Virus record (IMG/VR): IMGVR_UViG_3300041964_000072
Span: 1 to 64,000 of that record
DNA from: a virus
Strand: one strand, 5' to 3'
Length of the DNA stretch: 64,000 bases
In this document: positions 62,871 to 64,000 of the stretch, in pieces
Layout of the letters: every line of letters starts with the position of its first letter
How positions within the stretch are numbered: position 1 is the stretch's first letter
Position numbers and translations under genes: made by a program
Notes under the pieces: generated by a model
Seen by the model: the letters and a program-made list of their open reading frames with translations, nothing else
Database searches by the model: none
Told to the model about the DNA's origin: nothing

Positions 62871-63596
62871 CTAGGGTCTGTTGATTTTGTGAAACCCTTT
62901 GTTATCCGGATCAGCTACAACCTCTTGTCTTTCCTTTAGGGTGTGAATTGCTGTACTGACTCTATCCCTCATAGTGGCAGCAATCTTTGGGTCTTCAATG
63001 ATTCCATATAATTCACGTACAATTATGTTTGTATGTACATATTCCTCGAACCTCTCGAACACTTGTACTATAGCTCTGTAACGACTCATTCCCTTAAATT
63101 GAGGGAGCATAGGAGCATCTAGACCTCCCCCAGGCTTTTTTTTGATTTTTGCTTTTGGATATTCCTTTTCCTTGTCCTCCTCAAATATCTCTGACTTGGA
63201 TTCCTTGGCAGAAATTGCATTACCTACTCCGGAAGGAATAATTAAGGGTTTTGTGCTGTAATTGGATACGGGTTCAGGTGCTAGATATTGTTTTGGGAAT
63301 TTAAAATGGGGGTTTGGCTTAGACGACATCCCTACCAATAGGGATCGAATATGATGCTGTTGATTGCGAAGATACTGAATTGTATTTTGCAGTTCTTCAA
63401 TCTCTCCCTCATATTTTGCATCTAGTTGGATAAGCATTTCTTCTACAGAAGCGGTAAGCTGATTGCTAGAGTTAAATTGATCCATAGATTTAGAAAGGGT
63501 TGAAAAATGGCGGAAGTAAACAGAGAGCCAGGGCGACGACCAAAAACCGTGAGGGTTCGGCAACATGATCGTACAATACGAAGCAAGATCTACCAT
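62871..63596 (-). CDS. Coiled coil plus C-terminal winged-HTH-like protein (likely start 63485)
   Basis: Heptads followed by AIVQVF...HTNIIVRELYG...RVSTAI. Confidence 0.6.
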   Translation of the reverse strand: MVDLASYCTIMLPNPHGFWSSPWLSVYFRHFSTLSKSMDQFNSSNQLTASVEEMLIQLDAKYEGEIEELQNTIQYLRNQQHHIRSLLVGMSSKPNPHFKFPKQYLAPEPVSNYSTKPLIIPSGVGNAISAKESKSEIFEEDKEKEYPKAKIKKKPGGGLDAPMLPQFKGMSRYRAIVQVFERFEEYVHTNIIVRELYGIIEDPKIAATMRDRVSTAIHTLKERQEVVADPDNKGFHKINRP

Positions 63597-63785
63597 TTCA
63601 TCTGCGAGAAATGTAATAGAGGTGTCAGGAGGGAGACATACTCCCCCCGTTGCCCTCTATATTGCCACGATTGCGGAAATGGGAAATCTACTGCTATATC
63701 GGAGGAGTACACGACAAAAAAAACACGTCAACCTTTAACTATCGTACAGACAAGAGAAGTAGCGGAAGTAGTGGTAAGCCGATAA
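63507..63785 (+). CDS. Small zinc-finger protein
   Basis: FICEKC...RETYSPRCPLYCHDC. Confidence 0.65.
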   Translation: MAEVNREPGRRPKTVRVRQHDRTIRSKIYHFICEKCNRGVRRETYSPRCPLYCHDCGNGKSTAISEEYTTKKTRQPLTIVQTREVAEVVVSR

Positions 63786-63786
63786 A

Positions 63787-63999
63787 TTACCAAAGATCTT
63801 CCCTTGCCCAGCGGTTCGCACTTAGGGGGTTATCCCGTGTTGGATTTCCTTGTTTGTCCACGATTCCGGCACTTCGCGTCAGGTAATTAGTACGCCGCTT
63901 CTGGGATCTGTGTACATACTTTCCTCCGGAACCCCCATAATTCTTATATCCAGAATGTCCATAATGTACGGTCTTTTTCTGTCCAGTCTTTAAATTTTC
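63787..63999 (-). CDS. 5'-truncated protein, DUF5754-like by motif recollection (not in ORF track)
   Basis: ...KTVHYGHSGYKNY...HRSQKRRTNYLTRSAGIVDKQGNPTRDNPLSANRWAREDLW*. Confidence 0.6.
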   Translation of the reverse strand, partial: ENLKTGQKKTVHYGHSGYKNYGGSGGKYVHRSQKRRTNYLTRSAGIVDKQGNPTRDNPLSANRWAREDLW

Positions 64000-64000
64000 G

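Larger units (their letters stand above)
1..64000. mobile_element. Cyanobacterial temperate siphovirus-like phage / prophage (both ends outside the window)
   Basis: Terminase, portal, MuF, protease, capsid, tail tube, tape measure and fibre genes are recognisable; no sheath gene; HIP1 enrichment; Cro/repressor-like switch; ORFs run off both window ends. Confidence 0.93.

Noticed and set aside
63787-64000. Possible frameshift in the terminal minus-strand gene
   Set aside because: Careful retranslation shows one continuous frame (...YGGSGGKYVHRSQKRR...).

Overview
The whole 64 kb window looks like part of a temperate, long-tailed (siphovirus-type) phage or prophage/phage-plasmid of a cyanobacterium. 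At least 20 copies of the cyanobacterial HIP1 octamer GCGATCGC are present, against <1 expected by chance. The minus strand carries a near-complete morphogenesis set: terminase large subunit, MuF-like head protein, Mu-I-like prohead protease, acidic scaffold, decoration protein, lambda-E-like major capsid, adaptor/neck genes, tail tube, tail assembly chaperone with a -1 frameshift, 2264-aa tape measure protein, tail tip and fibre genes, and a portal gene ~40 kb away from the terminase. No tail sheath, integrase, RNA gene or CRISPR array was seen. The left part has a lysogeny-switch-like region (Cro-like HTH divergent from an RHH/XRE regulator plus a PAS-domain protein). It also has a tightly coupled operon (HTH, membrane proteins, FtsK/VirD4-like ATPase, double-M23 peptidase, lytic transglycosylase) that looks like a DNA-transfer/spreading module. 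The most unusual signal is a dispersed family of at least 12 very basic, glycine-zipper-containing proteins interleaved with the head/tail genes. They share an [AS]-x-F motif (LSEF, YADF, FAEF, LSTF, LAAF), several carry short DNA-binding-like motifs, three share a repeated MG[NS][KR]GWNxxMG peptide, one is fused to the prohead protease, and a HipA/PI3K-like kinase sits among them. I interpret this as a possibly undescribed protease-processed, capsid-packaged cargo system. All product calls come from motif recognition by eye; no database search was run.
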